From positions 865-64,864 of the forward strand of contig JAZNIK010000028.1 in the NCBI GenBank assembly GCA_045577495.1: 64,000 nucleotides of DNA. Direction: 5' to 3'. Below, in pieces: positions 26,499 to 36,034 of the stretch; position 1 is the first letter of the stretch; each line of letters starts with the position of its first letter. This DNA comes from Acutalibacteraceae bacterium. Lineage in GTDB: Bacteria > Bacillota > Clostridia > Oscillospirales > Acutalibacteraceae. The notes under the pieces were generated by a model. The model did not search any database and was not told the DNA's origin. It saw only the letters and a program-made list of their open reading frames with translations. A program made the position numbers and the translations under genes.

Positions 26499-29447
26499 TT
26501 ATGGTCTTTTAAAAAGCGGAGGCAAACAAACAATAAGTGTTGTTATAAGTTGAAAAACAATAGCAACAACTGAATTGATGCTTGATAGGGTTGGAGTGAA
26601 AATTAAAACCGCCAATGCAAATAAACCAAGCACAACAAACGCAACGTAAAGTGCTGTCATTACAGCAATAGAGCGCTTAATGTTGATAGATGCGGTTAAG
26701 TTTGCAAATAAACCGCAAACATTACCTTTATAAGCGGCACCTGCCGAAACATCCTTGCGAGTTTTTGAAATGTTTTCAAAGGCTAGAGAGCCCTGTTTAG
26801 ACATTACATAAACACTTTCGCTATACAGACCAAAATAGTCACATATCATTTGTTCGCTAATATTTGGGTCGCAGTTATGGATTAAAACGGTTGTGCCTGT
26901 ATTACATAGGCGCCTTAGTTCATATGCAATCTCTTCATCGGGTGCATATTTAACTATTAGTAGAGCACAAGGAACATTGTCGCTAACCAGATAAACGGGG
27001 AAGTAGCCTTTTCGCATTATTTTTTTGTCAAGCTCAATAGGTGGTAGGTTTGTAAAGCCGTGAGCTTCCATTAAAACGCGGTTACCAACAAAAACTCTTC
27101 TGTCATCAACCCAACCCGAAATACCCATTTTATCCTCGTATACAAATGAGTCAACCTTAAGGGGCTTTTGTGTGTATGATGAGGCAGTGCTAACCTGTTT
27201 AAAAATTCCCGCGATTGGACTGCCAATAGCATCTGCAAGGGCGGCGGCATCTATCATAGATTGGTCGATGGGATTAGGACTTAATAACTTCATATCAACT
27301 AATCTGATTGAGCCTTCGGGGAATAGGTCGGTACAGCTAACTGCAACACCGTTGCATAAATCTAATTCATCTGCAGCACGATAGCCTGTTAACATAGCAT
27401 CATATAATTTTAGTCTGCTGTTAGCAATTTTAAAGGGTAGTCTTGATGTTAAAAGTGTTACAGGTGAGGCAGTAATACAAAGTGAAATGCAGAAATATGA
27501 AAGTGCCAAAGCGATTTCTATATCTGTGAATAGCAATATTAAAATTAAAATGATAATGCTTAAAACAAGACCAAAAACAGTAACATTTTTGATTTTTTTA
27601 CTAGAAGGATTGTTGCAATAGGTATATTTTAAAAAGTTTTTAATATTTATAGTATCTGCACCACAGCACACAAGGGAGCCACCGTCAATAGAATTACCTA
27701 CAATAGACTCGGTTGCGGTTTTGTTTTTAATAATTGCAACTGCTTTTTTGCGGTTTGGATTTGCGATTAAATCAAAGTTATAAATTGCAACATTAAAATA
27801 ATTTCTATCAGAAAGAGAGTTGAATAAAAAGGAAATTAAAATAAGCGCAGAAAGGCTTATAAAATCTCTTTTTGAAATTAGTTGCACAACAGAAAATAGT
27901 AATACGCCCAAAATCGCAAAACCTGATGCAGCTTTTTCCTTTGGGTTATTATTGAAAACCGAAAGGATGCTTTTAACCGAGTCAAAGTTTGTAATCATAG
28001 CAATAACCAAAACAACAAACTCTAAAACAAAAGGGAAAATTGGGTTTATAGCGGTTAAAGAAGCCACTAACGGAGTTAAAAGTAAAATTGCAGGAATTAG
28101 TAACAAAAGATTTATAACAGATTTTATTGAGGCGTTTTTGCGTTTGGATATTAGTTCGCCCATAACTCTACTTTTGTCATCAATAGAATTGTAATCATCT
28201 ATTTGTGGGGTTTGTTGTTCTTCAATGGGTTTAGAAATATTTTCTTTTGGCTCAAAATTCTTAATATCAATTTTTTCTTCGGGCTTTGGTATATTAAGTG
28301 CATCAAAAATGCTTGTCTTTTCGCTTGAAATAGTAGAGGTGAGAGCAATTTTTTCAACATCAACATCACTCATAACGCGAGTTGCATCAACATCTGCCGT
28401 TTGATTTCGCTTTGGTTGCACGGGGGCAGTAAAGTAATGTTTAACAGGTTTTGGGTTATCATTTTGATTTAAATCCAACTCAACAACCTGAGTTTTATCG
28501 AGTTCTTCTTTGGTATCAATAGCAGAAAAAACAGTTGTCTTTTCAATATTTTGTTCTGTTTTTTGATTATCATTTAAAGTTGTTGCTTGGGGGATATCTG
28601 ACTTTGGCTTAGGAGTAGTTTGGTTAAAGGTTTTCATAGCACGTTGAGAAGCTCTTTCCTCAAAGTCTTTAAGGATTGATTCAACACTTTCTAGTTTATA
28701 TTTTTCTGTATCGATTTTAACAGTTCCAACTTCATCATCCTCTAAAAACGCGTTGCATCTTGCAAGTAGGGAGGTGCGGCGTTCTTCTGCTAATTTTGCT
28801 TTTTGCGGGTCAACAGCAGGTGGGATATCGGTATTGTTCTTAGTGTTTTCTAAAACAACCTTTGATTCTGTGGTGTGTGGTGATATTGTCTTATCATCAT
28901 TGGATAATGTGGTTTGAGGATTTTCTTTATCCAATTCGGAGTTTGTCATTTCTCGTAATGAACGAATCATCTCATCTATATTAAGTTCTTGACTCTTTTC
29001 AGGAATCTCTTGCGTAGGCGCGGTATCTGGCTTCTGTGCCTCACTAACCTGTGTTGCAGGCACAGAAATGTTTGATGTTTCTTGCTCTGGTTCAACAGTT
29101 ACAACAGTTTCTAATGATTGCTTACGCGCCTCAGTCATTTTCTTATATAAAAAGCTTGATGCAGATTCAGTTTCGGTAGTGGCAGACATAGGAATATTAT
29201 TAACCTTTACAGTTGCACCGGGTGTTTGGTTGGTAGCAGGGGGAGTAGCGCCATTTAATTCTTCTGCGGTAATTGTATGTGGTGCCGCTACATTACCCCT
29301 AATATTCCACGCAGAATCATCCCTCTGTGAAGACAGAGGAAGAGATAAATCTGAATCAGTATTAGTTCCATTCATTCTGTCTAGAGCCTCGCGCTCTAAT
29401 TGGATTTTAAAGGCCTCATCATCCTTGCGCCTTTTAAAAATTCCCAC
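26499..29447 (-). CDS. Large membrane protein: about 440 aa of low-complexity N-terminal region plus a degenerate P1B-type ATPase-like core lacking the catalytic signatures
   Basis: 982 aa. The order TM block, short A-like segment, TM pair, P/N-like domain, C-terminal TM pair is colinear with heavy-metal P-type ATPases. The signatures are substituted: CPC is ITASP (res 658-662), DKTGT is SCTDLF (704-709), HP is GSP (742-744), GDGxND is HNCDPN (857-862), and there is no TGES. The GTG start has a weak RBS. Confidence 0.7.
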   Translation of the reverse strand: MGIFKRRKDDEAFKIQLEREALDRMNGTNTDSDLSLPLSSQRDDSAWNIRGNVAAPHTITAEELNGATPPATNQTPGATVKVNNIPMSATTETESASSFLYKKMTEARKQSLETVVTVEPEQETSNISVPATQVSEAQKPDTAPTQEIPEKSQELNIDEMIRSLREMTNSELDKENPQTTLSNDDKTISPHTTESKVVLENTKNNTDIPPAVDPQKAKLAEERRTSLLARCNAFLEDDEVGTVKIDTEKYKLESVESILKDFEERASQRAMKTFNQTTPKPKSDIPQATTLNDNQKTEQNIEKTTVFSAIDTKEELDKTQVVELDLNQNDNPKPVKHYFTAPVQPKRNQTADVDATRVMSDVDVEKIALTSTISSEKTSIFDALNIPKPEEKIDIKNFEPKENISKPIEEQQTPQIDDYNSIDDKSRVMGELISKRKNASIKSVINLLLLIPAILLLTPLVASLTAINPIFPFVLEFVVLVIAMITNFDSVKSILSVFNNNPKEKAASGFAILGVLLFSVVQLISKRDFISLSALILISFLFNSLSDRNYFNVAIYNFDLIANPNRKKAVAIIKNKTATESIVGNSIDGGSLVCCGADTINIKNFLKYTYCNNPSSKKIKNVTVFGLVLSIIILILILLFTDIEIALALSYFCISLCITASPVTLLTSRLPFKIANSRLKLYDAMLTGYRAADELDLCNGVAVSCTDLFPEGSIRLVDMKLLSPNPIDQSMIDAAALADAIGSPIAGIFKQVSTASSYTQKPLKVDSFVYEDKMGISGWVDDRRVFVGNRVLMEAHGFTNLPPIELDKKIMRKGYFPVYLVSDNVPCALLIVKYAPDEEIAYELRRLCNTGTTVLIHNCDPNISEQMICDYFGLYSESVYVMSKQGSLAFENISKTRKDVSAGAAYKGNVCGLFANLTASINIKRSIAVMTALYVAFVVLGLFALAVLIFTPTLSSINSVVAIVFQLITTLIVCLPPLFKRP

Positions 29448-29471
29448 AAAAAATCCGTCCTATCTATATAA

Positions 29472-30239
29472 TTATTTTTTTAGTCTTTGTCGTGTAACCT
29501 CATACATTAAAACACCTGCTGCAACAGATGCGTTTAAAGAGTTGATTTTTCCACACATTGGCATTGAAACAATACCATCACACTTATCTTTAACAAGGCG
29601 ACTGATTCCGTTACCCTCAGAGCCAATTACGATAGCAACCTTACCCGAAAAATCGGGAGTGAACCAATTTTCGCCGTCCATATCGGCGCCATACACCCAA
29701 AATCCGTTTTCTTTAAGTTTATTAATTGCATTGGGGATATTTGTAACCTTGCATATGTTTACATATTCTAAAGCGCCACTTGCCGATTTAGCAACCGTAG
29801 CATTAACCGAAACACTACGATGCTTGGGTATGATAATACCATCAACACCCGTTGCTTCGGCGGTTCTGATAATTGCGCCAAGATTGTGTGGGTCTTCAAG
29901 GCCATCACAAATTATAACAAACGCAGAAGAACCCTTTTGCTCTGCAGATTTGTAGATATCTTCAAGAGTACAATAGCTTTTAGCCGCAACAGAGGCTACA
30001 ATACCTTGATGTGTGGCGTTACCTGTTATAAAATCAAGTTTTTGTGACGGAACCTCTTTTATTGGTATTTTCTTGGCTCTGCATTTTTCAATGATAGGAA
30101 CCAGAGCACCTGCTACGGTGCCTTTTATAATATAAACTCTATCAATTTCACGACCTGAACGAACAGCCTCTAAAACGGCATTTCTGCCAAAAACAAGACC
30201 ACGTTCTTCGGGTGTAATATTATTATCTGTTCTTTGCAC
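29472..30239 (-). CDS. rlmB: 23S rRNA 2-prime-O-methyltransferase RlmB (SpoU/TrmH family)
   Basis: 255 aa with an N-terminal L30e-like segment (GRNAVLEAV), EDPHNLGAIIRTA and GSEGNGIS. Confidence 0.88.
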   Translation of the reverse strand: MQRTDNNITPEERGLVFGRNAVLEAVRSGREIDRVYIIKGTVAGALVPIIEKCRAKKIPIKEVPSQKLDFITGNATHQGIVASVAAKSYCTLEDIYKSAEQKGSSAFVIICDGLEDPHNLGAIIRTAEATGVDGIIIPKHRSVSVNATVAKSASGALEYVNICKVTNIPNAINKLKENGFWVYGADMDGENWFTPDFSGKVAIVIGSEGNGISRLVKDKCDGIVSMPMCGKINSLNASVAAGVLMYEVTRQRLKK

Positions 30240-30256
30240 GATAAACCTCCATTTTA

Positions 30257-30472
30257 TTATAAAGCAAAATCATCATCGCTAAACTCGGGGAGCTGTGCGG
30301 ATGTTTTTGGAATTCTTTTAAGTGGGTCGTATATGTATTTTCTGCAAAAATCATTTTCGGATACGGGACCTTTATATTTGCAGAAAACTAGCTTTAAGGA
30401 AGTACTGATTTTGGCATTGGCACAATATACACAGCATGGCCTAATATTTTTGTTAAAGACTGATTTAGCCAC
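30257..30472 (-). CDS. Small Cys-rich protein (hypothetical, possible Zn-binding), first gene of the rlmB operon
   Basis: 71 aa with pattern CC-x2-C-x13-C-x11-C. GTG start preceded by GGGAGGAG with a 7-nt spacer. Confidence 0.6.
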   Translation of the reverse strand: MAKSVFNKNIRPCCVYCANAKISTSLKLVFCKYKGPVSENDFCRKYIYDPLKRIPKTSAQLPEFSDDDFAL

Positions 30473-30578
30473 AAAATTTCTCCTCCCAAAAGATAATTAA
30501 AGTTTTGCAAACCTATACATAATATATATTATCACAATTTGAGATAAATTTCTACATTTTTATTAAATAAAAAACAAA

Positions 30579-30606
30579 AAACACTCACAAATTTTGCAAG
30601 TGTTTT
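30579..30606 (-). terminator. Terminator after the sugar-transferase/nucleotidyltransferase pair
   Basis: Hairpin AACACT...AGTGTT with an inner CAAA/TTTG. The minus-strand reading is followed by a long U-run. Confidence 0.55.
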
Positions 30607-30626
30607 TTGTGTATTTATTGCTTTAT

Positions 30627-31511
30627 TTATATATTGTCATACAAACCGTCTTTAGTCATTTTATCGATTGCGGCCTTTAAAACAGGCTTATCTTCTTTAT
30701 AGGTCATACCGTACCACTTATCTTCGGCAACCAAAACCTTAACCTGTTTTTCACCCTTTTTAATAAGCTCATCAATTTGAAAAGGTAGAAAGTATTCAGA
30801 TTTTGGAACATTGATTTTTTCTTTTAAAAACTTTTCAAAGCCAGTTTCTAAATATCCAAACAAGTCGGGGGTAAAGCCCCACATATTCATTGAAACAACG
30901 GTGTTTGGGTCTAAAATGATTTTTTTACCGTCCTCATTTTCATATGAGCAATCAATAATATTAGTGATTTCGGTTATGTTGGTAAGATTTTGATTATCGT
31001 TAGTTACACATACACCACGAGAAACTGTGCCATTATCTGTTAGGGTGTTTTTAAGTCTAAATCCAACCATACAATAGTCGCCGTTTTGCTTAGCAAGATA
31101 GTTGTTTATCTGCTTATAGGCAGAGGCACCGTAAAAATCATCTGCATTTATTGCGGCAAATGGTTGGTTAACAAGGTCTTTGCAACACAAAATTGCATGA
31201 CCCGTGCCCCAAGGCTTTTCTCTTTCTTGAGGTAGCGTAAATCCACTTGGCAGTTTATCTAATTCCTGAAAAGCATAATCTACATCAATCTTTTTTTCAA
31301 TTCGTTTACCAACAAGCTCACGAAAATCTTTTTCGATGGCGTGTTTTATTACAAAAACAACCTTATTAAAACCTGCCTTTGCAGCATCATAAACCGAGTA
31401 GTCAAGCAAAACCTCGCCATTATTTCCAACCGGTTCAAGCTGTTTTAGACCACCAAATCTACTTCCCATACCTGCTGCCATAACAACTAATGTTGTGTTA
31501 AAATTACCCAT
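30627..31511 (-). CDS. Sugar-phosphate nucleotidyltransferase
   Basis: MGNFNTTLVVMAAGMGSRFGGLKQ (the G-x-G-[ST]-R NTP-transferase loop). ATG 31511 overlaps the upstream stop (ATGGGTAA) and follows AAGGAG; the track start is 31586. Confidence 0.8.
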   Translation of the reverse strand: MGNFNTTLVVMAAGMGSRFGGLKQLEPVGNNGEVLLDYSVYDAAKAGFNKVVFVIKHAIEKDFRELVGKRIEKKIDVDYAFQELDKLPSGFTLPQEREKPWGTGHAILCCKDLVNQPFAAINADDFYGASAYKQINNYLAKQNGDYCMVGFRLKNTLTDNGTVSRGVCVTNDNQNLTNITEITNIIDCSYENEDGKKIILDPNTVVSMNMWGFTPDLFGYLETGFEKFLKEKINVPKSEYFLPFQIDELIKKGEKQVKVLVAEDKWYGMTYKEDKPVLKAAIDKMTKDGLYDNI

Positions 31512-32883
31512 TATTTTTCTCCTTATTTGATTTTTCTTTATTGCCAATAAAGCTTTCTTCATCCGAAAAACCCTCTGTGCTTTCACGCATAAACAAAATT
31601 TTGATGGTTAGTACCAAAAGTTTAAGGTCTAAAAGCAGAGAATATCTTTCAATATAAATTAAGTCCATATTTAATTTATCTTGCGGAGAAGTATTGTATT
31701 TGCCATAAATCTGTGCATAACCCGTAAGACCTGTTTTAACGTGATGCCTAAGGTCGAATTCGGGCAACAACTGAGTATACTCAAAAACATTTTCGGTTCT
31801 TTCGGGGCGAGGACCAACAAGTGACATATCACCAATTAAGATGTTTATAAGCTGCGGTAATTCGTCTATTCTTAAAGGGCGAATGATTTTGCCAATAGGT
31901 GTGATTCTGTCGTCGTGGTCGGTGGCTTTTCTTCGTTTGATTTTATCCGCATCAACAATCATCGAACGGAATTTCAAAACATTGAATATTTTACCGTCCT
32001 TAGTAACTCGATTTTGTTTAAAGAAAATCGGGCCATTATCATAAAGTTTAATACAAAGTGCAGTTATAAACATAATTGGACTTGTTATAATTAAAATAAT
32101 TCCCGAAACAAGTATATCAAAACACCTTTTGATAATTTGTTGTTCAATAGTCAATCCGCGGTTTCTACATACTAATAGGGGAGTATCGAAAATCTGACTT
32201 TGGTAGCAGTTGTTAATAATTATATCGTTACTAGATGGCAACAGGTAAATTCGTTTACGCTCTTTATAACAATAATTTAAAATCTTGTTTTGTAAGGATT
32301 TTTCAATATCGCCGATTAAAACCGCCTCAAATGAGTTAATAGCATTAAAAATTTCTTCCTCACCGGAATCGGTTTTAACAACCTTTTCTATATTATAACG
32401 TTCCTTGATTTTGATCATTTTTTCAACTATATGAGTGCGGTCAATTTCTGGTTTGACAATCGCAATAATTTTTCTTGCCTTGTATAAGCAATAATATAGT
32501 GTGTTTGCGGCATAGCATCCAAAAAATACAATAAAAAACTGTAACACAACCGCACCTAAAAGAGCAACGGGTGACAAAAGCTCGCGGGCTATAAGGCAAA
32601 GCTCTAAATACATAACAAAATTAGTAAAAAACATTGAAAGCGAAAAACTGTAAATAACCTCGTGAAGCCTTAAAACGCCGATTTTCATACCACCGTACAA
32701 GGTGTTAAAAACAATAAGAATAATCAAATACGAAAAAACAACAACATAGTTTCCCTTGTTGCTGAACAGTGCAATTTGGTAATTACTTTTCCAACAATCA
32801 ATAAAAACAAAGGCCATTGCCAAAATTATTAAAATTCTAGCGATTAGCATTATTGATTTTCTAAATTTCATTAATATATCCAT
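31504..32883 (-). CDS. Polyprenyl-phosphate glycosyl-1-phosphate transferase (bacterial sugar transferase, WbaP/EpsL-like)
   Basis: N-terminal TM block plus a C-terminal Bac_transf region (PRPERT..., GLTGYAQI, DLIYIE). ATG 32883 lies 6 nt after AAGGAG; the track TTG is at 32904. Confidence 0.85.
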   Translation of the reverse strand: MDILMKFRKSIMLIARILIILAMAFVFIDCWKSNYQIALFSNKGNYVVVFSYLIILIVFNTLYGGMKIGVLRLHEVIYSFSLSMFFTNFVMYLELCLIARELLSPVALLGAVVLQFFIVFFGCYAANTLYYCLYKARKIIAIVKPEIDRTHIVEKMIKIKERYNIEKVVKTDSGEEEIFNAINSFEAVLIGDIEKSLQNKILNYCYKERKRIYLLPSSNDIIINNCYQSQIFDTPLLVCRNRGLTIEQQIIKRCFDILVSGIILIITSPIMFITALCIKLYDNGPIFFKQNRVTKDGKIFNVLKFRSMIVDADKIKRRKATDHDDRITPIGKIIRPLRIDELPQLINILIGDMSLVGPRPERTENVFEYTQLLPEFDLRHHVKTGLTGYAQIYGKYNTSPQDKLNMDLIYIERYSLLLDLKLLVLTIKILFMRESTEGFSDEESFIGNKEKSNKEKNNG

Positions 32884-33050
32884 AATACTCTCCTTATTAA
32901 ACAAACAAAAGAAAGCTTAATTCTATATTTTAACATTAAATATAGAATACTCCAAAAAGGTAAAAAAGTCAAGATTTACCTTTCAACCGTGTATATATAG
33001 TAAAAGGCAATCGCAAGGTGCCTCAAGGTAATTATATATGCACTTTTATA

Positions 33051-33079
33051 TTGACATAGTGCCCGATATACTATATCAT
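33051..33079 (+). promoter_or_regulatory. Sigma-A promoter of the LRR lipoprotein gene
   Basis: TTGACA (33051-33056), 17 nt, TATCAT (33074-33079). Confidence 0.55.
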
Positions 33080-33111
33080 ATACATTAAACTGTGGGATGG
33101 GGGATTGTTAT

Positions 33112-34491
33112 ATGGATAGAAAGAAAGCATGTTTAGCGGTTTTGTGTGCGATTATGTTGTGCTTATCTGGTTGTTCTAGTGCTGGTGTCGATGCTACTGA
33201 TATTCAATCTACTGTACAAACAGACAATTTGGTCAGTACAACGATTACTACCGAATCCGACTCGCCACTTGATGAATATATCAATTTTGATAGTCATGTC
33301 ACCTTTGATGTTGAAGTCCGCAATGCCGATCAAAACCTACCTTCCGAGATACCATCTTTGCCCGAAAAAAAGGAGATTGAAACAAAGTTTGATGCCGCTA
33401 CTGGCACACTAACTGTATCTGTAAGTCGACAATTAGTTGAATTGTATCCACGTAAAATCACTTATATTGCAAACAAGGATACCAAACTTTCTGTGATTAA
33501 GGTGGATAAGAAGGTAAAACACTTGGTTATAAGTGAAGGAGTCACAGGTATATATAATTCCTTTAATGATATGCACGCTTTAGAGAGCGTTTCTTTTCCT
33601 TCCTCTCTGTGCACCATACAGGATAGTTTTATCAATTGTGACCGATTAACCAAGGTGGTGTTTCCGGAAAAATTGGAGCTATTACGTAATGCCGCTTTCT
33701 TGGATTGTGATGGTATAACATCCTTGGAATTTAATAGCCCAGTGATAATGGATAACCCTAGAGCGGAGATTTGTCATATGTATGACGCGTGTATCGATTG
33801 CTCCTTAGAAATCTATGGTGTAGGTGCTACGCCTTTCAATAATTTGAACGCATTAGAAGAGGTATATATCCCTGGAGGCAGTGCATTATACAGTTCCTTT
33901 TTAAATTGTAAAAATCTACGAAAAGCCACTTTGGGAATTGATGGTGGACCTGTATTAATCAACGGTAATCCTTTTAGGGGAAGTCATAAGGACTTTTGTG
34001 TTTACACTCAAGCCTATTGTTTTATATCGATGCTAGATGAACCTATAAGTGAGAATAGATATTTTATTCAGGATTGGGCTATGGAGTGGAAACATAATCG
34101 TTATGACGATAAACGATATACGCGCATTCATTACCTCAAAACTGTGCCGGATATTTTGAAGTCAACTGTAACCACTGAGGCAGTCCAACTCACTTGGGAA
34201 CAAGCAGAAGACTCGGAACGTTATTATATATATCGACAGATAAAGGGAGAAGAAACATGGACATTGATAGGTGTTACTACTGAACTATCATATGTGGATA
34301 CTACAGTTAAATCTGGTGTATCTTATAGATATGCCTTGAAAGCGCCAGAATTTAGAGCAGTAAAATGGAAAGAATCTGATGAACGGATTAATCCCACACG
34401 AATAAACGAAGAAGATGGCGATATATGCGTGCTATATGATGAACGTATTCAGTCAAATGTTGTGGTTTCTGCTTACTGTGATGTTAAGTGA
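33112..34491 (+). CDS. Surface lipoprotein with BspA-type leucine-rich repeats and a C-terminal fibronectin type III domain
   Basis: Lipobox LCLSGCSS. Repeats of the form L.SV.FPSSL..I.D.SF..C..L (LRR_5-like). The C-terminal segment AVQLTWEQAEDSERYYIYRQ...SYRYALKA is Fn3-like. ATG 33112 lies 7 nt after GGGGGA. Confidence 0.7.
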   Translation: MDRKKACLAVLCAIMLCLSGCSSAGVDATDIQSTVQTDNLVSTTITTESDSPLDEYINFDSHVTFDVEVRNADQNLPSEIPSLPEKKEIETKFDAATGTLTVSVSRQLVELYPRKITYIANKDTKLSVIKVDKKVKHLVISEGVTGIYNSFNDMHALESVSFPSSLCTIQDSFINCDRLTKVVFPEKLELLRNAAFLDCDGITSLEFNSPVIMDNPRAEICHMYDACIDCSLEIYGVGATPFNNLNALEEVYIPGGSALYSSFLNCKNLRKATLGIDGGPVLINGNPFRGSHKDFCVYTQAYCFISMLDEPISENRYFIQDWAMEWKHNRYDDKRYTRIHYLKTVPDILKSTVTTEAVQLTWEQAEDSERYYIYRQIKGEETWTLIGVTTELSYVDTTVKSGVSYRYALKAPEFRAVKWKESDERINPTRINEEDGDICVLYDERIQSNVVVSAYCDVK

Positions 34492-34600
34492 AAATGAAGT
34501 TTTGGCAATTTAAAAAAGGCATAGTTGATTTATATATTTTAATTATTACCTATGATTTATGAGTTTTTATTTATAACCAAAACTTGCTGTTATATGAAAG

Positions 34601-34640
34601 AACTGGTCAAGTATAATTGTAGATACTTGACCAGTTTTTG
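34601..34640 (+). terminator. Strong rho-independent terminator
   Basis: 14-bp stem AACTGGTCAAGTAT / ATACTTGACCAGTT followed by TTTTTG. Confidence 0.8.
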
Positions 34641-34658
34641 TTTGTAAAAAGTTCTTAT

Positions 34659-35798
34659 TTATTTTTTCTTTAAATCTTTATTGTGTTTTTCCATCAATGC
34701 ATTGATACGGTCGGAAGGATTTAAAAGGTCGCTGATAGAATTATCATAGTTCAAAGTGTCGATAAGGTAGGCAATGTATTTTGACATATCAACATTACAA
34801 TACCACTCGCGTTTTAATAACTCCTCAGGTGTGTAAATGAGGTTGGTTGTGAAGATTTTATCAATAAGACCTTTTTCATAATATTCATCAAATTTATCTA
34901 AACCGTCAACAAAAAGACCAAAGGTAGTAAATACAAAAATTCTATTTGCGCCCTTGTCTTTAAGTTTAGCGGCGATATCTAAAATAGATTCACCCGAAGA
35001 AATCATATCATCAACGATAATCAAATCTTTACCGCCAATATCTTTGCCTAAAAACTCGTGAGCTTCGATAGGGTTGCGACCGTTAACCAAAACAGAATAG
35101 TTACGACGCTTATAGAACATACCGAGTTCCAAGCCTAAAACGGAGGAGAAGTAAATGCAACGGCTCATACCGCCCTCGTCAGGAGATACTATCATAGTGT
35201 GGTCGCGGTCAATAACAATGTCGGGAATCTGACGAACAAGTGCTTTAATCATCTGATAGGTTGGCTGAACATTATCAAAGCCGCCAAGCGGAATAGCGTT
35301 TTGAACGCGTGGGTCGTGTGCGTCAAAGGTGATTATATTGGTAACACCCATATTATGAAGTTCTTGAAGTGCTAAAGCACAGTCTAATGATTCTCTTGAT
35401 GAACGTCTGTGTTGTCTGCCCTCGTAGAGCATTGGCATAATAACAGTTATTCTTCTTGCCTTACCGCCTAAAGAAGCGATTACTCGTTTTAAATCTTGAT
35501 AATGGTCATCAGGACTCATAGGAACTGTTTGACCATACATTTTATATGTAACACCATAATTAAAGCAATCGCAGATGATATATGCATCTAAGCCACGTGC
35601 TGTATGATTAAAAACAGCCTTGCCTTCACCTGTACCAAATCTAGGGCAAACGGCGGGTACCACAAAGGAATAATCTTTTGGGGTTTCACGCCATTGTGAT
35701 AAATAATAATCAACCTTTTTTGAGATATCCTCGCAACCACGCATACTAATTAAAGCAAGGTCGCCATAGGGGGTGTGCTTGAATGTTATTGTCGCCAT
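34659..35798 (-). CDS. prs: Ribose-phosphate pyrophosphokinase (long-form Prs)
   Basis: PRPP-binding loop DLIIVDDMISSGES, the FDAHD motif, and MPMLYEGRQHRR. Confidence 0.8.
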   Translation of the reverse strand: MATITFKHTPYGDLALISMRGCEDISKKVDYYLSQWRETPKDYSFVVPAVCPRFGTGEGKAVFNHTARGLDAYIICDCFNYGVTYKMYGQTVPMSPDDHYQDLKRVIASLGGKARRITVIMPMLYEGRQHRRSSRESLDCALALQELHNMGVTNIITFDAHDPRVQNAIPLGGFDNVQPTYQMIKALVRQIPDIVIDRDHTMIVSPDEGGMSRCIYFSSVLGLELGMFYKRRNYSVLVNGRNPIEAHEFLGKDIGGKDLIIVDDMISSGESILDIAAKLKDKGANRIFVFTTFGLFVDGLDKFDEYYEKGLIDKIFTTNLIYTPEELLKREWYCNVDMSKYIAYLIDTLNYDNSISDLLNPSDRINALMEKHNKDLKKK

Positions 35799-35926
35799 TT
35801 TTTAAACCTCCGCTGCATTTTTTAAAAAACACAAATTTACTTCTATATAATAACACATAATTATTAAATTGAAAAGGGTATATTTATATATTTTTTTAAT
35901 TTTTGACAAATATCTACAATTTATAA

Positions 35927-35955
35927 TTGATATAATGAAAAATATTTGCTATAAT
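35927..35955 (+). promoter_or_regulatory. Sigma-A promoter upstream of thyX
   Basis: TTGATA (35927-35932), 17 nt, TATAAT (35950-35955), with an extended -10 TG at 35947-35948. Confidence 0.55.
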
Positions 35956-36034
35956 AAAACACAAGATTATGATGGTGATATTTTGTTTAAATTTAAAACA
36001 ATTCAAATTCGCCTATTGAAAGGATGTTAATTTT

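Noticed and set aside
29068-29955. A 295-aa ORF on the plus strand that spans the pseudo-ATPase N-terminus, the intergenic gap and the rlmB C-terminus
   Set aside because: It is antisense to two well-supported genes. It has no RBS and a low-complexity, Ser/Leu-rich shadow-frame composition. It also crosses an intergenic region, so it is a typical spurious antisense ORF.
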